Positions 31,510 through 41,726 of a stretch of DNA of 64,000 bases are shown one piece after another. This DNA comes from Candidatus Poribacteria bacterium (GTDB lineage: Bacteria; Poribacteria; WGA-4E; JAJDTR01): contig CBDCTK010000002.1 in the NCBI GenBank assembly GCA_965222225.1, positions 2,080,001-2,144,000 on the forward strand, given 5' to 3'. The translations under genes were made by a program, and so were the position numbers. The notes under the pieces were generated by a model that was given only the letters and a program-made list of their open reading frames with translations, did not search any database and had not been told where the DNA came from. Each line of letters starts with the position of its first letter. Within the stretch, counting starts at the first letter, position 1.

Positions 31510-32592
31510 TTAACAGTCATATCTCGGATGGGCATACTGGAGCAATGAAGTTTGCCCTTGAATGTGAAGGACTCGAACCTGCATGATTATACCGTTGTTA
31601 TCCTCAAGTTCAAAAGGATCGCCGACTTTAAAAGTGGCAGGTTGGTTCTTGCCGCCGTCAATGGCAATGTTGTCCGCGTAAATATAAGTTCGATTGCTTG
31701 TATCTAGAATAGGGTTTAGCCGCCCCTCCAATCCAGGGATATAGCCTGTCCCCATACAGATTACAGAACCCGTATTTTCACTTGAAGCCAAAGCAATTTT
31801 GATGTCTTCCACAGAGTCCCAAGCATTGATAACTACCCCAGGAAAGTCGGGATGGGCAATCAAGATTTGGTATTGGCGTCTTGTCGCGATGATAAGACGT
31901 GCAACACCTTCCTCATCCGTATTCGCTGACTTCGTTGTAGCATTGTCCGCTATGGCTACCACAGTAGCCTTGGAAATTGGACATTCGTCAGTGGAATAGA
32001 CTGAGATGAGAGACATCTCGGGATCAACACGAGGCATTGTGGTTGTTGAAAAGAGGGACCTTCTAACAAACTCGGGAGAGACCGTACGGTCACTGTGGCT
32101 ACGATTGCCAGCTGTCTGGTTCTGCTCAATAGCATCGGAAATACTCATTTCCTGCTTCGACCTGTTTTGGTCTTGACTCCTGGCTTTTGAGGTAGAGGCT
32201 ACGCCCATTGCACGCAATAGCTTTGAATATCCATCGTCGAAATTCTCTCGCGATGTGAAATCCGCGTAGAATTTATCAGCCAAAGCTTCAGGCAAGTTAC
32301 ATTTATCGACAAGAATAGGTAGTACAGCCACTATTGACCCCGCGATTTCTTTGGACATTGCTAGGCTAATCTCTTTCTGTACCCAGCTAGACTCAATAGA
32401 ATTCTTCGAGATTATTACAGCAACATACTCCATATTCTTTATGCCGCCAGAGATTTCTTCAATCAGCGAGTCCCCGACATTTAACTCATCTTCGTCAAAC
32501 CAGACCAGCACGTCATCTGATGTGAGTCGCGCGGCTAAATCCCGTACAAACGGCTTATCTGTTGAATGGTGGCATAAAAACACAGATGGCAT
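31510..32592 (-). CDS. TIR-domain protein with unrecognised C-terminal domain
   Basis: VFLCHHSTDK, VWFDE, GDSL, SSWVQKEI (catalytic Glu), LPIL, YADF. Confidence 0.88.
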   Translation of the reverse strand: MPSVFLCHHSTDKPFVRDLAARLTSDDVLVWFDEDELNVGDSLIEEISGGIKNMEYVAVIISKNSIESSWVQKEISLAMSKEIAGSIVAVLPILVDKCNLPEALADKFYADFTSRENFDDGYSKLLRAMGVASTSKARSQDQNRSKQEMSISDAIEQNQTAGNRSHSDRTVSPEFVRRSLFSTTTMPRVDPEMSLISVYSTDECPISKATVVAIADNATTKSANTDEEGVARLIIATRRQYQILIAHPDFPGVVINAWDSVEDIKIALASSENTGSVICMGTGYIPGLEGRLNPILDTSNRTYIYADNIAIDGGKNQPATFKVGDPFELEDNNGIIMQVRVLHIQGQTSLLQYAHPRYDC

Positions 32593-32877
32593 CTCATCCT
32601 CCATTTCTCTCTACAACAAAGCATCAAACGCCTGCAATTGAGTAGAGCTAGATTTCCGCGTTCCCAGCAGTGTTTTGGTCATCTTTTCAACGCGCATAGA
32701 CAACCTTCTCATCAAGAACCGTCAACGCTTCCTGCTCCAACTCATAGGCTTCGGTCTTTTTTTGATTGGCCTCTAGAACTTTGCTGTTTATCACCCGCTA
32801 GGTATTTTCATCTCGCAATAAAGGCACTGCAACTTCCGAAATCGGTTGAAATAAATCTGGACGCTCGTGAACTGAAC

Positions 32878-33819
32878 CTAACCACGCCGCAAGATTGTCC
32901 CCTTCGCACCGACTACCCAACTCCGATTCTTGTGAAAATGGATGTCGAGCAGATTTAGAGTCGTAGATGTCGGTTGCGTTGTCCACGTCTTTCCACCGTC
33001 GGCGGTGTGTAGAATCAACCCCTCCTCGCCAATCGCCCACCCTTGTTGAGGGCTAATGAATTCCACACCACGTAATGTCTTTTTCACCGGCGGCGTTTGA
33101 CGCTCCCACGTGTTACCACCATTCGCAGTGTGCAAAATCAATCCGTTCGCGCCAACAATCCAACCGGTGTCGGCATCTGCGAAATGAACGCCCAGAAGTG
33201 ACTGCTCGGTATTGCTCTGCTGTGCCAACCAGTTTTTGCCGCCGTTCCGCGTGTAGACGATGGCTCCCTTTTCTCCAACAGCCCATCCGTTTTTACTATT
33301 TGGGAAATGCACTGCCCAAAGATGTGAATTCGAAGCTGTTCGTTGTTTCTCCCAACCTCCTCCGCCATCAACCGTGTGGAGAATTGTGCCATACCCGCCG
33401 ATTGCCCACCCCTCGGTGGCACTGACGAAATAGATGTCGAGTAACCCTTTGTCAACTGGAGTCGCCTGATGCGACCAAGATTTTCCGCCGCTCCCCGTAT
33501 AATGTACCTCCCCCATCCGGCTTACCGCCCAACCGTTGGTAGCCGTGGAAAAGTGGACTTTATTGAGAGCGATTCTAGAGATAGCTTTCCGCGGTGACTG
33601 CTCGTTCCACGTCAACCCGCCATCGGCGGTTGACAGAACCAGCCCCTCCGTGCCAACCGCCCATCCGCGCTTGCCATCAACAAAGTGCACCCCGTGCAGG
33701 TGCGCCCTCGTTCCCGATTCGATGAGTCGCCACTTATCGCCATCCTCGTCTTGGCTGCACCCAAGATTATTGACAATGCAGATGAGAACAATTAAAGCCA
33801 GGCAAATTCGTATTATCAA
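32878..33819 (-). CDS. YCF48-related BNR-repeat beta-propeller lipoprotein
   Basis: Repeated GWAVG..G.ILHT.DGG..W; LGC lipobox; GGGAG RBS before TTG 33819. Confidence 0.85.
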   Translation of the reverse strand: MIIRICLALIVLICIVNNLGCSQDEDGDKWRLIESGTRAHLHGVHFVDGKRGWAVGTEGLVLSTADGGLTWNEQSPRKAISRIALNKVHFSTATNGWAVSRMGEVHYTGSGGKSWSHQATPVDKGLLDIYFVSATEGWAIGGYGTILHTVDGGGGWEKQRTASNSHLWAVHFPNSKNGWAVGEKGAIVYTRNGGKNWLAQQSNTEQSLLGVHFADADTGWIVGANGLILHTANGGNTWERQTPPVKKTLRGVEFISPQQGWAIGEEGLILHTADGGKTWTTQPTSTTLNLLDIHFHKNRSWVVGAKGTILRRG

Positions 33820-34117
33820 AGTTGTACTCCCTTCGCATATAAGGTCAGAGATTAGGTTTCCATGACTAGTGTATTCCGTTGAATTCATGCAAGTAGAAAT
33901 TAATCGCAACGCAGGAATCTTGTGCAATTTTCATGACCATTCAACAGAACGTCAAAAATTACCGATATTGTCAGTACGAAGGGAGTCTAACTACACCTGG
34001 GCAAATGCCAATTCGTTCATAATCTGCACATACTGTCCGAATTCTAGGCAATTGAACGTGACGAGAAGGTCGATCGACACGCACAACGAAGTCTACTTTG
34101 ATTCGAATTTCGCCCAA

Positions 34118-35533
34118 CTAGCTCAGATGGAAGACTGCCATCTTGGTTTCGGTCATCTCTTGCACGGCATACTTGGGACCCTCTTTGCCCATACCGCTCT
34201 CTTTAAGACCGCCGTAAGGCATCAAGTCCGCCCGCCACTGTGTCCCCCAATTCACCATCAAGTTGCCTGAATCCACTTCGCGTACAAACCGCATCGCCCA
34301 ATTGATGTTCTCGGTGAAGATTGCGGCGCTCAAGCCGTAGACCGTGTCGTTCGCGAGCGCGATTGCTTCGTCAATGTCGCTCACGCGCGTCACGCCAACC
34401 GCGGGTCCAAACACCTCATCGCGGGAGATTTGCATGTCCGGTTTGACATCCGACAAGATTGCGGGGGTCACGAACTGGTCGTGTTTTTCACCGCCGGTCA
34501 ACAGCTTCGCCCCGCCGTTCACGGCGTCCTGAATCCATTCACTAACGCGAGCGGCATCCGATTCGCGAATCATCGGTCCCATCTTCGTCGGTTCATCAAG
34601 CGGGTCGCCGATGCTAATCTGCTCAACTTCGGATTTGAAGGCGTCGAGAAAATCGCCGTAAATCTTGTCGTGAGCGATTACCCGTTGCGTAGAAATACAG
34701 ACCTGTCCGGCATTTGAGTAACCAGACATGGCAGCCGCTTTCGCCACCTTTTCCGGATCGGCGTCGGGCATGACAATCAGAGGCGAGTTTGAACCGAGTT
34801 CCATTGTTACTCGTTTTAAGCCTGCCACATGGCAGATGTGTTCGCCGATGTCGCGACTGCCCGTGAAGGTAATCTTCCGCACGCGGCTGTCTGAACAGAG
34901 CGCATCGCCAATCTCACTGCCGGCGCCCGTCACGCACTGGATGGCTTCCGGAGGAGTGCCGGCTTCCACAAAGAGTTCGACTAGTTTTAGCGCGGATAGC
35001 GGTGTATCTGTGGCAGGTTTGAGGATAATCGCATTGCCGGCGGCGATGGCAGGTCCCGCTTTGTGGCAAACCAGATGCAACGGAAAATTGAATGGACTAA
35101 TCCCGGCAATTATGCCGCACGGCACACGCACCGTAAAGCCAAACTTCCCTTGAACGCCTGGGGCGCCTTCGAGGGGAATCACTTCGCCGTAAAGCCTCTT
35201 CGCTTCCTCTGCCGAGAGGGCGATAATCTCGGCAGCGCGCGTTGCCTCAATCCGCCCTTCGGCAAGAATCTTCCCCTCCTCCATCGTAATAATTCGGGCA
35301 AGTTCCTCCGACCGCTCGATCATCAATTCCGAGACTTTGTGCAGAATTTCGTACCGCTCAAATCCTGTCATCTGCGCCATGATTTTTGCGCCGCGTTCCG
35401 CTGTTTGCAACGCTTTCTCTATATCAGCGGCATCACCTTTGGGAACAGTATCAACGACTGAACCATCGTATGGACTCAGGACCTCAATTTTCTGGGATTT
35501 ATCAACCCACTCGCCACCAAGGTGCATTTTCAT
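34118..35533 (-). CDS. Aldehyde dehydrogenase
   Basis: PFNFP, FTGS, MELG, GQVCIS, EVFGP. Confidence 0.95.
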   Translation of the reverse strand: MKMHLGGEWVDKSQKIEVLSPYDGSVVDTVPKGDAADIEKALQTAERGAKIMAQMTGFERYEILHKVSELMIERSEELARIITMEEGKILAEGRIEATRAAEIIALSAEEAKRLYGEVIPLEGAPGVQGKFGFTVRVPCGIIAGISPFNFPLHLVCHKAGPAIAAGNAIILKPATDTPLSALKLVELFVEAGTPPEAIQCVTGAGSEIGDALCSDSRVRKITFTGSRDIGEHICHVAGLKRVTMELGSNSPLIVMPDADPEKVAKAAAMSGYSNAGQVCISTQRVIAHDKIYGDFLDAFKSEVEQISIGDPLDEPTKMGPMIRESDAARVSEWIQDAVNGGAKLLTGGEKHDQFVTPAILSDVKPDMQISRDEVFGPAVGVTRVSDIDEAIALANDTVYGLSAAIFTENINWAMRFVREVDSGNLMVNWGTQWRADLMPYGGLKESGMGKEGPKYAVQEMTETKMAVFHLS

Positions 35534-35580
35534 CGGTATTTCCTCCGTTTTTGTTGTTAAGCCAAGTTCAACCCATTCCG

Positions 35581-35680
35581 GTAGGTCGGGCTTCTAGCCC
35601 GACCCGCTAGCGGGATAATATACAAAGACGCAATACAACTTCCGAAAAAAGCGAAAATCCCACAACGTTCGATAGGCAGC
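35581..35680 (+). repeat. GTAG-type REP hairpin with conserved tail, copy 2
   Basis: GTAG-GTCGGGC-TTCTA-GCCCGAC perfect hairpin; tail similar to 725-800. Confidence 0.8.
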
Positions 35681-36039
35681 AACTTGGGTCACTGTACTGT
35701 ATTGACAGTCGAAATGAAATGTCCGACCACAGTTTGAATAAGTGCGGGAATTCTATTGTCACTTGATTACTCGACATCTGAGCGTATTTCCGTTGCACAG
35801 TTAGAGATATTCCTCCAAATTACCATCTCTGTCCCCTGCTGTCAATCTGAAATTCGAGGCTTTACCGGAGTAATTATCAATGAAGAAATCACTCGTGATA
35901 AGGAGCAACACCGTGATTCAGCACACGGATTTTCAATGGCATTGCAACGGCTTTTTCCTTGACCAACGTTGATTCATAGGATACAGTATTGCCAAAATTC
36001 CACGAGGTATGATTTGCACAAGCAGAACATGGCATTTCT

Positions 36040-36519
36040 ATGATTCCTAGCTACGAATTCCTACCGGTCTTGATGCAATGGCTGCATGTTGGCTCCGTCG
36101 TGTTAATGATTGGCGGTTTTTTCTTTCTGCGTGTCGTTCTGCTGCCTACCGCCAAAGTTCTCCCCGACCCGCAGAAAACCCATATAATTGAAGCTGCATT
36201 TCGGCGATTCCGTGTAATTGTTTGGATTGCCCTCCTCACAATCCTTGTGAGCGGTATCTACAATTTTATAGTCTTCATTAGATCGACTGGCAATCAACCA
36301 GCGACTAATCCGAATCAGGTGGACTACTCCATATATATCGTGGTGCTTGGGGTCAAATTCCTCATTGTAACTCTTATCTTCATACTTGGGATTGCCCTGA
36401 CCTTCCCGTACCCCGTGTGGGCGCCCATTCAGAAACATCCTATCCCTTGGTTAAACGTGACCTTAGTTCTAGGACTTATTGTTATATTCCTCTCCACCTT
36501 CTTGCGCCGAATGTATTGA
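36040..36519 (+). CDS. CopD-like four-TM membrane protein
   Basis: WLHVGSVVLMIGG.FF, LVSGIYN, LGVKF pattern. Confidence 0.65.
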   Translation: MIPSYEFLPVLMQWLHVGSVVLMIGGFFFLRVVLLPTAKVLPDPQKTHIIEAAFRRFRVIVWIALLTILVSGIYNFIVFIRSTGNQPATNPNQVDYSIYIVVLGVKFLIVTLIFILGIALTFPYPVWAPIQKHPIPWLNVTLVLGLIVIFLSTFLRRMY

Positions 36520-36594
36520 GATCGGTACCGCCGACTTTGGCGCAGTGCTGGGATTGCGTCCCCTACATCGCTACATCGGTACCATGAATCAATA

Positions 36595-38865
36595 TTACTC
36601 AACCTCAAGGGCACTCTGTCCTAACACTTGCGCCAAGCCCTGACCAGTGGCCTTTAATCCCCGACGAACCTCGGCATCGGTCGGAGAAAGATTCATCGCT
36701 GCCCAATATTTTGCCATCGCGTTATCATACTCGCCCTGATTCAAGTAGCACATGGCAAGTTGGTTTTGGGCGCGTGCGAGAAGGTTCTCAATTTCACCCT
36801 GAATTAGTCTGTGTGGAGGCTGACGAATTAGCTGAGATTCAGTCGCCAACAGGTTTTGATACGCGATTGGATTGATTGGAGCGATAGCCAGTGCAGACTC
36901 AAACGCACTTATCGCTTCTGCAAAGTTGCGCCTTATTAAATAGAGGTAACCGATGGAGTTGTGAATATCGACGCTTCTCTCGTCCCGCGGAATGGCCTCA
37001 AACTCGGTCAAGGCGGCGCTATACCTTCGCGTATTCAAGAGTTTGTTTGCACGAATTGTCCTAAGATAAACCGACTCACGCCTTACCGCGTCGTTATTTG
37101 GATGGATTCGCAATGCACTCGTGAATGCCGCTTGTGCCCGATCGAGATTCCCGGCGCGTTGATAAACACGGGCAAGACTCACGTGGAGATTAACCTGCGT
37201 CGGCGTAACGGCAAGCGCTTGTTGCAGTTGATTGATAGCCTCGTCGTGCCGGTTTTGCATATCAAGGTATTTGGCATAAGTGGAATAGGCGACAACAAGA
37301 TTATGTCGGGTTTGGGATACGTTCGGTTTCAACTCGTAGGCAGATTGAAATGACTCAATCGCTTGTGTATATGCGTTCTGTTCGAGGTACAGTTCACCCA
37401 GTCGACTGTACGCATCACTGTTGCCGCTTTCTAATGCCGCGAGTTCGCGGTAGCTGGCAATCGCCTCATCAATGTTTCCCAGTTCGCGATGATGTTTGGC
37501 GCGTTGCAAGAGCGCGTCAATCATATTAGAGCGCACAATTGTAAGTGTTGGCGCCAAGGCTAATGCGCGGTTATAGGCGTTTATGGCGTCGTCCCATCGC
37601 TTCGCATTTCTCAACTCGACGCCGTGATTATTGTGACACTGTGCAAGCACATCTTGGATTTTCCGATCAACAGGGTTGGCCTCAAGCGCCTTTTGGTATT
37701 GCAGAATAGCTGTGGCAAAATGGCCGCGCTTCTCGTAACTGTCACCCATCAAACGGTAAACTGCGCTCGCGTCGCGAGCGGCATACCGGAGTGCCTTCTC
37801 GAAATAGACGTTGGCTTGAGCATAATTCTCGGTTTGAAGCGCCGAAATCCCTTTTTCCCTAAAGATTTGATGAAGATTATGTTGCGCGGCAAGGTCGTGC
37901 GAATTCTGATTGATTGAGTCTTGAAAAGCCGCGATTGACTCGTCAATTTTCCCGTTTCGGTAGTACATCACGCCAAGGGTGTTGTAGGCATCGTGCGACG
38001 GCGCCTCTGCCAGCACGTCGTTGAGCAACTTGATGGCTTGCTCATAATGGCCAAAATCCTGATAGACTTGGATTAACTTTTGGCGTGCGGGTTCGGAGGT
38101 TGGATCAAGCGCGAGGGCGGTCTTAAAGTGTCCGATTGCTTCCCTGATATTTTCTTTGTCAACCGTTATAGTGCCTAAGAGGTAGTGTCGGCGGGCATCG
38201 GCGGCAGATCCATCAAGGCTCTCCTTGATTGTCTTAATCGCAATCTCATGTTGCGGCGTGCTCTGGGGTGTGGCGTAAACACGCAGGAGTGTATTAATGT
38301 CGTATGGGGACGGCTGCACCTTGGTGGAGGTGTGAAATTCAGCATCGCGCGAGTCCGGGCTATGCCCCCACAATCCGACCGCGTGCCCAAATTCGTGGAG
38401 GCAAATTGCGCGCAAACGCGCCGGATCGCTAACCACGCCGAGTTCAGGCTCGTGCGGAACGAGGATGATCTCAACCCTAATGCCATCTCCATCAAGACGT
38501 GTTAGCTCGGCTTTGGCTCCTGTTACCTCGGCGATTGGCCAAAGTCCGGCTCTTCCCCAACTCACTCGAATGTCGGCGTCACCATTGGCTTGCGTCTCCT
38601 CAAATTGGATACTCCCTCCCGACGCCGATTCCCATTGGCGCATGCCGTAACGTATCGCGTTCAGATAGGCATCCGTCCTTAGCATCGAGGATACGTAGAC
38701 ACGAATCGGCATCTCGGTGAAACGCGCGATTCGACCACTGGAGAAAATGGTAATATAATCAAAGTAATCCTCTTCAGAGACGGAGGCCTTCGGTAATCCG
38801 AAAATTGCCGACCAGAGACAGATGAAAAACGCTATCCTTATACGCTCTCGATTCGTTTCTCCCAT
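36595..38865 (-). CDS. Secreted matrixin-like (M10) zinc protease with long TPR array
   Basis: HEFGHAVGLWGH; ADIRVSW; >10 TPR-like repeats; signal peptide. Confidence 0.85.
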   Translation of the reverse strand: MGETNRERIRIAFFICLWSAIFGLPKASVSEEDYFDYITIFSSGRIARFTEMPIRVYVSSMLRTDAYLNAIRYGMRQWESASGGSIQFEETQANGDADIRVSWGRAGLWPIAEVTGAKAELTRLDGDGIRVEIILVPHEPELGVVSDPARLRAICLHEFGHAVGLWGHSPDSRDAEFHTSTKVQPSPYDINTLLRVYATPQSTPQHEIAIKTIKESLDGSAADARRHYLLGTITVDKENIREAIGHFKTALALDPTSEPARQKLIQVYQDFGHYEQAIKLLNDVLAEAPSHDAYNTLGVMYYRNGKIDESIAAFQDSINQNSHDLAAQHNLHQIFREKGISALQTENYAQANVYFEKALRYAARDASAVYRLMGDSYEKRGHFATAILQYQKALEANPVDRKIQDVLAQCHNNHGVELRNAKRWDDAINAYNRALALAPTLTIVRSNMIDALLQRAKHHRELGNIDEAIASYRELAALESGNSDAYSRLGELYLEQNAYTQAIESFQSAYELKPNVSQTRHNLVVAYSTYAKYLDMQNRHDEAINQLQQALAVTPTQVNLHVSLARVYQRAGNLDRAQAAFTSALRIHPNNDAVRRESVYLRTIRANKLLNTRRYSAALTEFEAIPRDERSVDIHNSIGYLYLIRRNFAEAISAFESALAIAPINPIAYQNLLATESQLIRQPPHRLIQGEIENLLARAQNQLAMCYLNQGEYDNAMAKYWAAMNLSPTDAEVRRGLKATGQGLAQVLGQSALEVE

Positions 38866-38901
38866 CGGTAATCTCCATTGAATATGGGGCTCGCGAATGA
38901 A

Positions 38902-39246
38902 TCACTCGCTTTGAGATGCGGGGCGATGGAACTGCAAAAATTCAACAGGGGCGCCATCATGAACGATATAGGCAACCGTGACGCCTTCGATCGGTGTGGT
39001 AGGTTCAACGATAACCTCCGCCCCCGCTACAGCAGCTTCAATGTCATCTACAACATAGGCGACATGCGGAAGCGTCTTCAGTATTTCCGGCAGTGGACTA
39101 TCAGGTTCAAACCGCAACCAATCCACGCGATACGGATTGCCCTCCAACCCTGATATGTGTACCTTGAACGCTTCCACATAGGTTTCGTTCTCACGTGGGA
39201 CGTCGGTCGGAATGCTCATGTGGTGGAACTTCAATTCCTGTTTCAT
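38902..39246 (-). CDS. VOC/glyoxalase superfamily protein
   Basis: FHHMSIP, PHVAYVVDDI, GAPVEFL. Confidence 0.8.
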   Translation of the reverse strand: MKQELKFHHMSIPTDVPRENETYVEAFKVHISGLEGNPYRVDWLRFEPDSPLPEILKTLPHVAYVVDDIEAAVAGAEVIVEPTTPIEGVTVAYIVHDGAPVEFLQFHRPASQSE

Positions 39247-39343
39247 ATTCTTGGGAATGTCTAATTTAACGAGATTTTAGGCAGGGATGCCTTTGCTATA
39301 GACAAGCATTGTTGGGAATACGATGTCTCAAGCGCGAAACAAT

Positions 39344-39808
39344 CTAAAGGTCAGGCCCATAAATGATGGCTTCATCAATCCGTCGATATTCGAGAATGTC
39401 ACCTTCGTCAAACAGGATGCGCAGTTCGCGTTCGGCGTTCTCAGGTTTGTCTGAAGCGTGAACAACATTGTGGGTAATATCAATCGAGAAATCACCGCGA
39501 ATGCTGCCCGGCGCAGATTCCATCGGCTTGGTCGCACCGTTAATCAGGCGGACAAGTTCAATTGCGTTGTTGCCCTCAACCGCAAGCGCTACAATCGGAT
39601 TTGATGTCATAAAGTGGACCAGATAGTCATAAAAGAACTTGCCGAGGTGAGGGGAATAAAGTTCCTCTGCTTTGCCTTTGGGAAGGGTGAGAAGTTTGAG
39701 CCCAACCAGTTTGAGGCCCTTACGTTCAAATCTAGTGATTATTTCACCAATCAAACCGCGCTGAACTCCATCGGGTTTAATCAGTACAAGCGTTCTCTCC
39801 TGTTCCAT
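39344..39808 (-). CDS. ndk: Nucleoside-diphosphate kinase
   Basis: IKPDGVQRGLIGEII, PGSIRGDF, NVVHASD. Confidence 0.97.
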   Translation of the reverse strand: MEQERTLVLIKPDGVQRGLIGEIITRFERKGLKLVGLKLLTLPKGKAEELYSPHLGKFFYDYLVHFMTSNPIVALAVEGNNAIELVRLINGATKPMESAPGSIRGDFSIDITHNVVHASDKPENAERELRILFDEGDILEYRRIDEAIIYGPDL

Positions 39809-39930
39809 CTATTCTCCTGCCAAGTAAATTGTTGATTTTTTCAAAACAACTTAACGCGCCCTTATCAGCATGTGGAAAAGAGCGACGCTTGAACGACATG
39901 ACGCATTGCCAATCGCTTACGTCCGCGCTC

Positions 39931-40497
39931 CTATGAAACCCGCCTGATACAGAATTTCTCGAACCGGATCCAATGTTCCCCATCCGGCGGTCCGTTGTAA
40001 CACTGGATACTCACCTGATCGTCGCCCGGCGCAGGAAGTTCTCCGGTCGCCGCCGTTTGGAAATCCGCATCTCCATCGGCACGATACTGGGCCTCCCATG
40101 AATTAGCCGTGACTAAGAGACGTAATCGAACGCTCGCCGCCGGCATTGGCGCCCTCCCGGGGATGATGAATAGCTCGCCATCAACCAACTCCTTCACCTC
40201 TTTGAACACCGGCTTACCATCATTGTACCACGTGATTCCCGCCTGCTCGAACTGCTCCGTAGGACTGGTGTGATTAGTCACGGTCACCTCAATGGCAAAT
40301 GCGCCCTCATTGCGGTCTGGCGCAGGTCTGACTAACGCATTTCTGACCGTATCCGCCTTGCCCGGCTCCACGCAAATTTCCAGACCGCCATCTTTGATCC
40401 GCCAGAAGTCCGAATGCTCTCGTATCCAGGACCATCCGGAACTCAGCGCGCCATCGAATTTGTCCTCAAAGATAACTTGTTCATCAGTTGAGTTCAT
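39931..40497 (-). CDS. Concanavalin A-like (DUF1349/beta-xylosidase C-terminal-like) protein
   Basis: D.FDG.L...WSWIRE, FEQAG pattern. Confidence 0.6.
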   Translation of the reverse strand: MNSTDEQVIFEDKFDGALSSGWSWIREHSDFWRIKDGGLEICVEPGKADTVRNALVRPAPDRNEGAFAIEVTVTNHTSPTEQFEQAGITWYNDGKPVFKEVKELVDGELFIIPGRAPMPAASVRLRLLVTANSWEAQYRADGDADFQTAATGELPAPGDDQVSIQCYNGPPDGEHWIRFEKFCIRRVS

Positions 40498-40796
40498 GCA
40501 ATCCTCGATTCTTGATTATAGGTTTAGTATCAAAATTTGGATATGTGTTCATTTGGGAGGTTGTGTTTTTGACCATGAGACAGATTAAACACTTTCCTGC
40601 TCCCGCAGTGTAATCATCCAGCCGTCAAAGTTTGGAGTTCCCAATCTATCAAAGATTATATCATGTATACGAAAAGAGTAAAACAAAAAATAGCTACAAT
40701 CACTGCCTCGCGAAACGGCATCATGCGCGGCGTTCACCCCGCATGGACGCTTCTGAACATGAGGCGCAATTCGCCTGCGGCCACCCCGTTTGATAT

Positions 40797-40825
40797 TTGA
40801 CAAATTTTTGCCACCTAACTAGAAT
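40797..40825 (+). promoter_or_regulatory. Consensus sigma70 promoter with no clear downstream gene
   Basis: TTGACA-17nt-TAGAAT. Confidence 0.5.
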
Positions 40826-40942
40826 ATCATTCAAATAGGAAAAATGGTTGCCATTTCACGTGAATAACAGTGCATACGGTGTTTTTCAATTATACTATTA
40901 TGGCACGACCCATACCAACTGTTGCCCTTCACACCAAACCCT

Positions 40943-40999
40943 GTAGGCGGGGATCAAGTTACCGAACAGGGAACGCGATAGAGATCCTTCTGCCCCGCC
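40943..40999 (+). repeat. GTAG REP hairpin carrying a GA-hairpin module
   Basis: GTAGGCGGGG-ATCAA-GTTACCGAACAGGGAAC-GCGATAGAGATCC-TTCTGCCCCGCC. Confidence 0.85.
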
Positions 41000-41314
41000 T
41001 TGGAAGGCTTAATTGACGCTATTAATGCACTGCGAATATAGAGAAATGGTATTACATCTTGGCCAGCAGCATTGTACCCGTAAGAGCTGCTGTCAAATCG
41101 GCACAGAATGCTTTTTTGGCATATTGTTGCACCAACCCTGCCGAGAAAACCTTGATGTGATTGCGTACTGCGGGGCACTAGGTATCGAAGTCATTATCAA
41201 AGATAGGGTATTACCGAATTAGTAAGCAGCCTGAAACTCAGATGGAATACCTGGCGTCCGGCAGACATCAGCACTTCAAGATGCTAGTGGTTCGGGAATT
41301 AACCTCAAGTGATT

Positions 41315-41330
41315 TTGGCATACGATTTGC
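41315..41330 (+). promoter_or_regulatory. Putative sigma54 (-24/-12) promoter for hsp20-lon
   Basis: TTGGCATACGATTTGC with exact GG-N10-GC spacing. Confidence 0.55.
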
Positions 41331-41359
41331 TCAACGTCTAGCCCTGAACCATAAGACTA

Positions 41360-41598
41360 CTAGGTTCTGTTGACATTTATGTTGGGCGGGCGCGTAAATC
41401 GAGGGAGGCACCCAACGGGTGGGAGACCCAACCCCTACGGCTGCCGGCGTATGCCGCGTTTCATTGAGCGCAGACTCTGCCTCAATCGTAGGGGATCAAA
41501 TGAGCGAATGGCGAATGCGATAGTAATCTTCTTGCCTCGCCCTCATTTTTATGCCTCCCTCAATAATCTGGTGACGATGAAATGTCAACAGAACCTAG
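41360..41598. mobile_element. MITE with perfect 19-bp terminal inverted repeats, containing REPs and a GA module (41494-41530)
   Basis: CTAGGTTCTGTTGACATTT ... AAATGTCAACAGAACCTAG; no transposase. Confidence 0.8.
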
Positions 41599-41726
41599 TA
41601 GATGTGATACACGCTAATCAAAAAGTGGACGTATTCGATTCCCCGGCGGCGTCAACCTCTAAAGCAGAGCAGACGTCTTAAGAATTGAAAACATTCACTT
41701 CTCACATGCGGCAAGGAGGTAATGCG

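Noticed and set aside
41370-41681. 103-aa ORF upstream of hsp20
   Set aside because: Made up of MITE/REP sequence; no protein-like features
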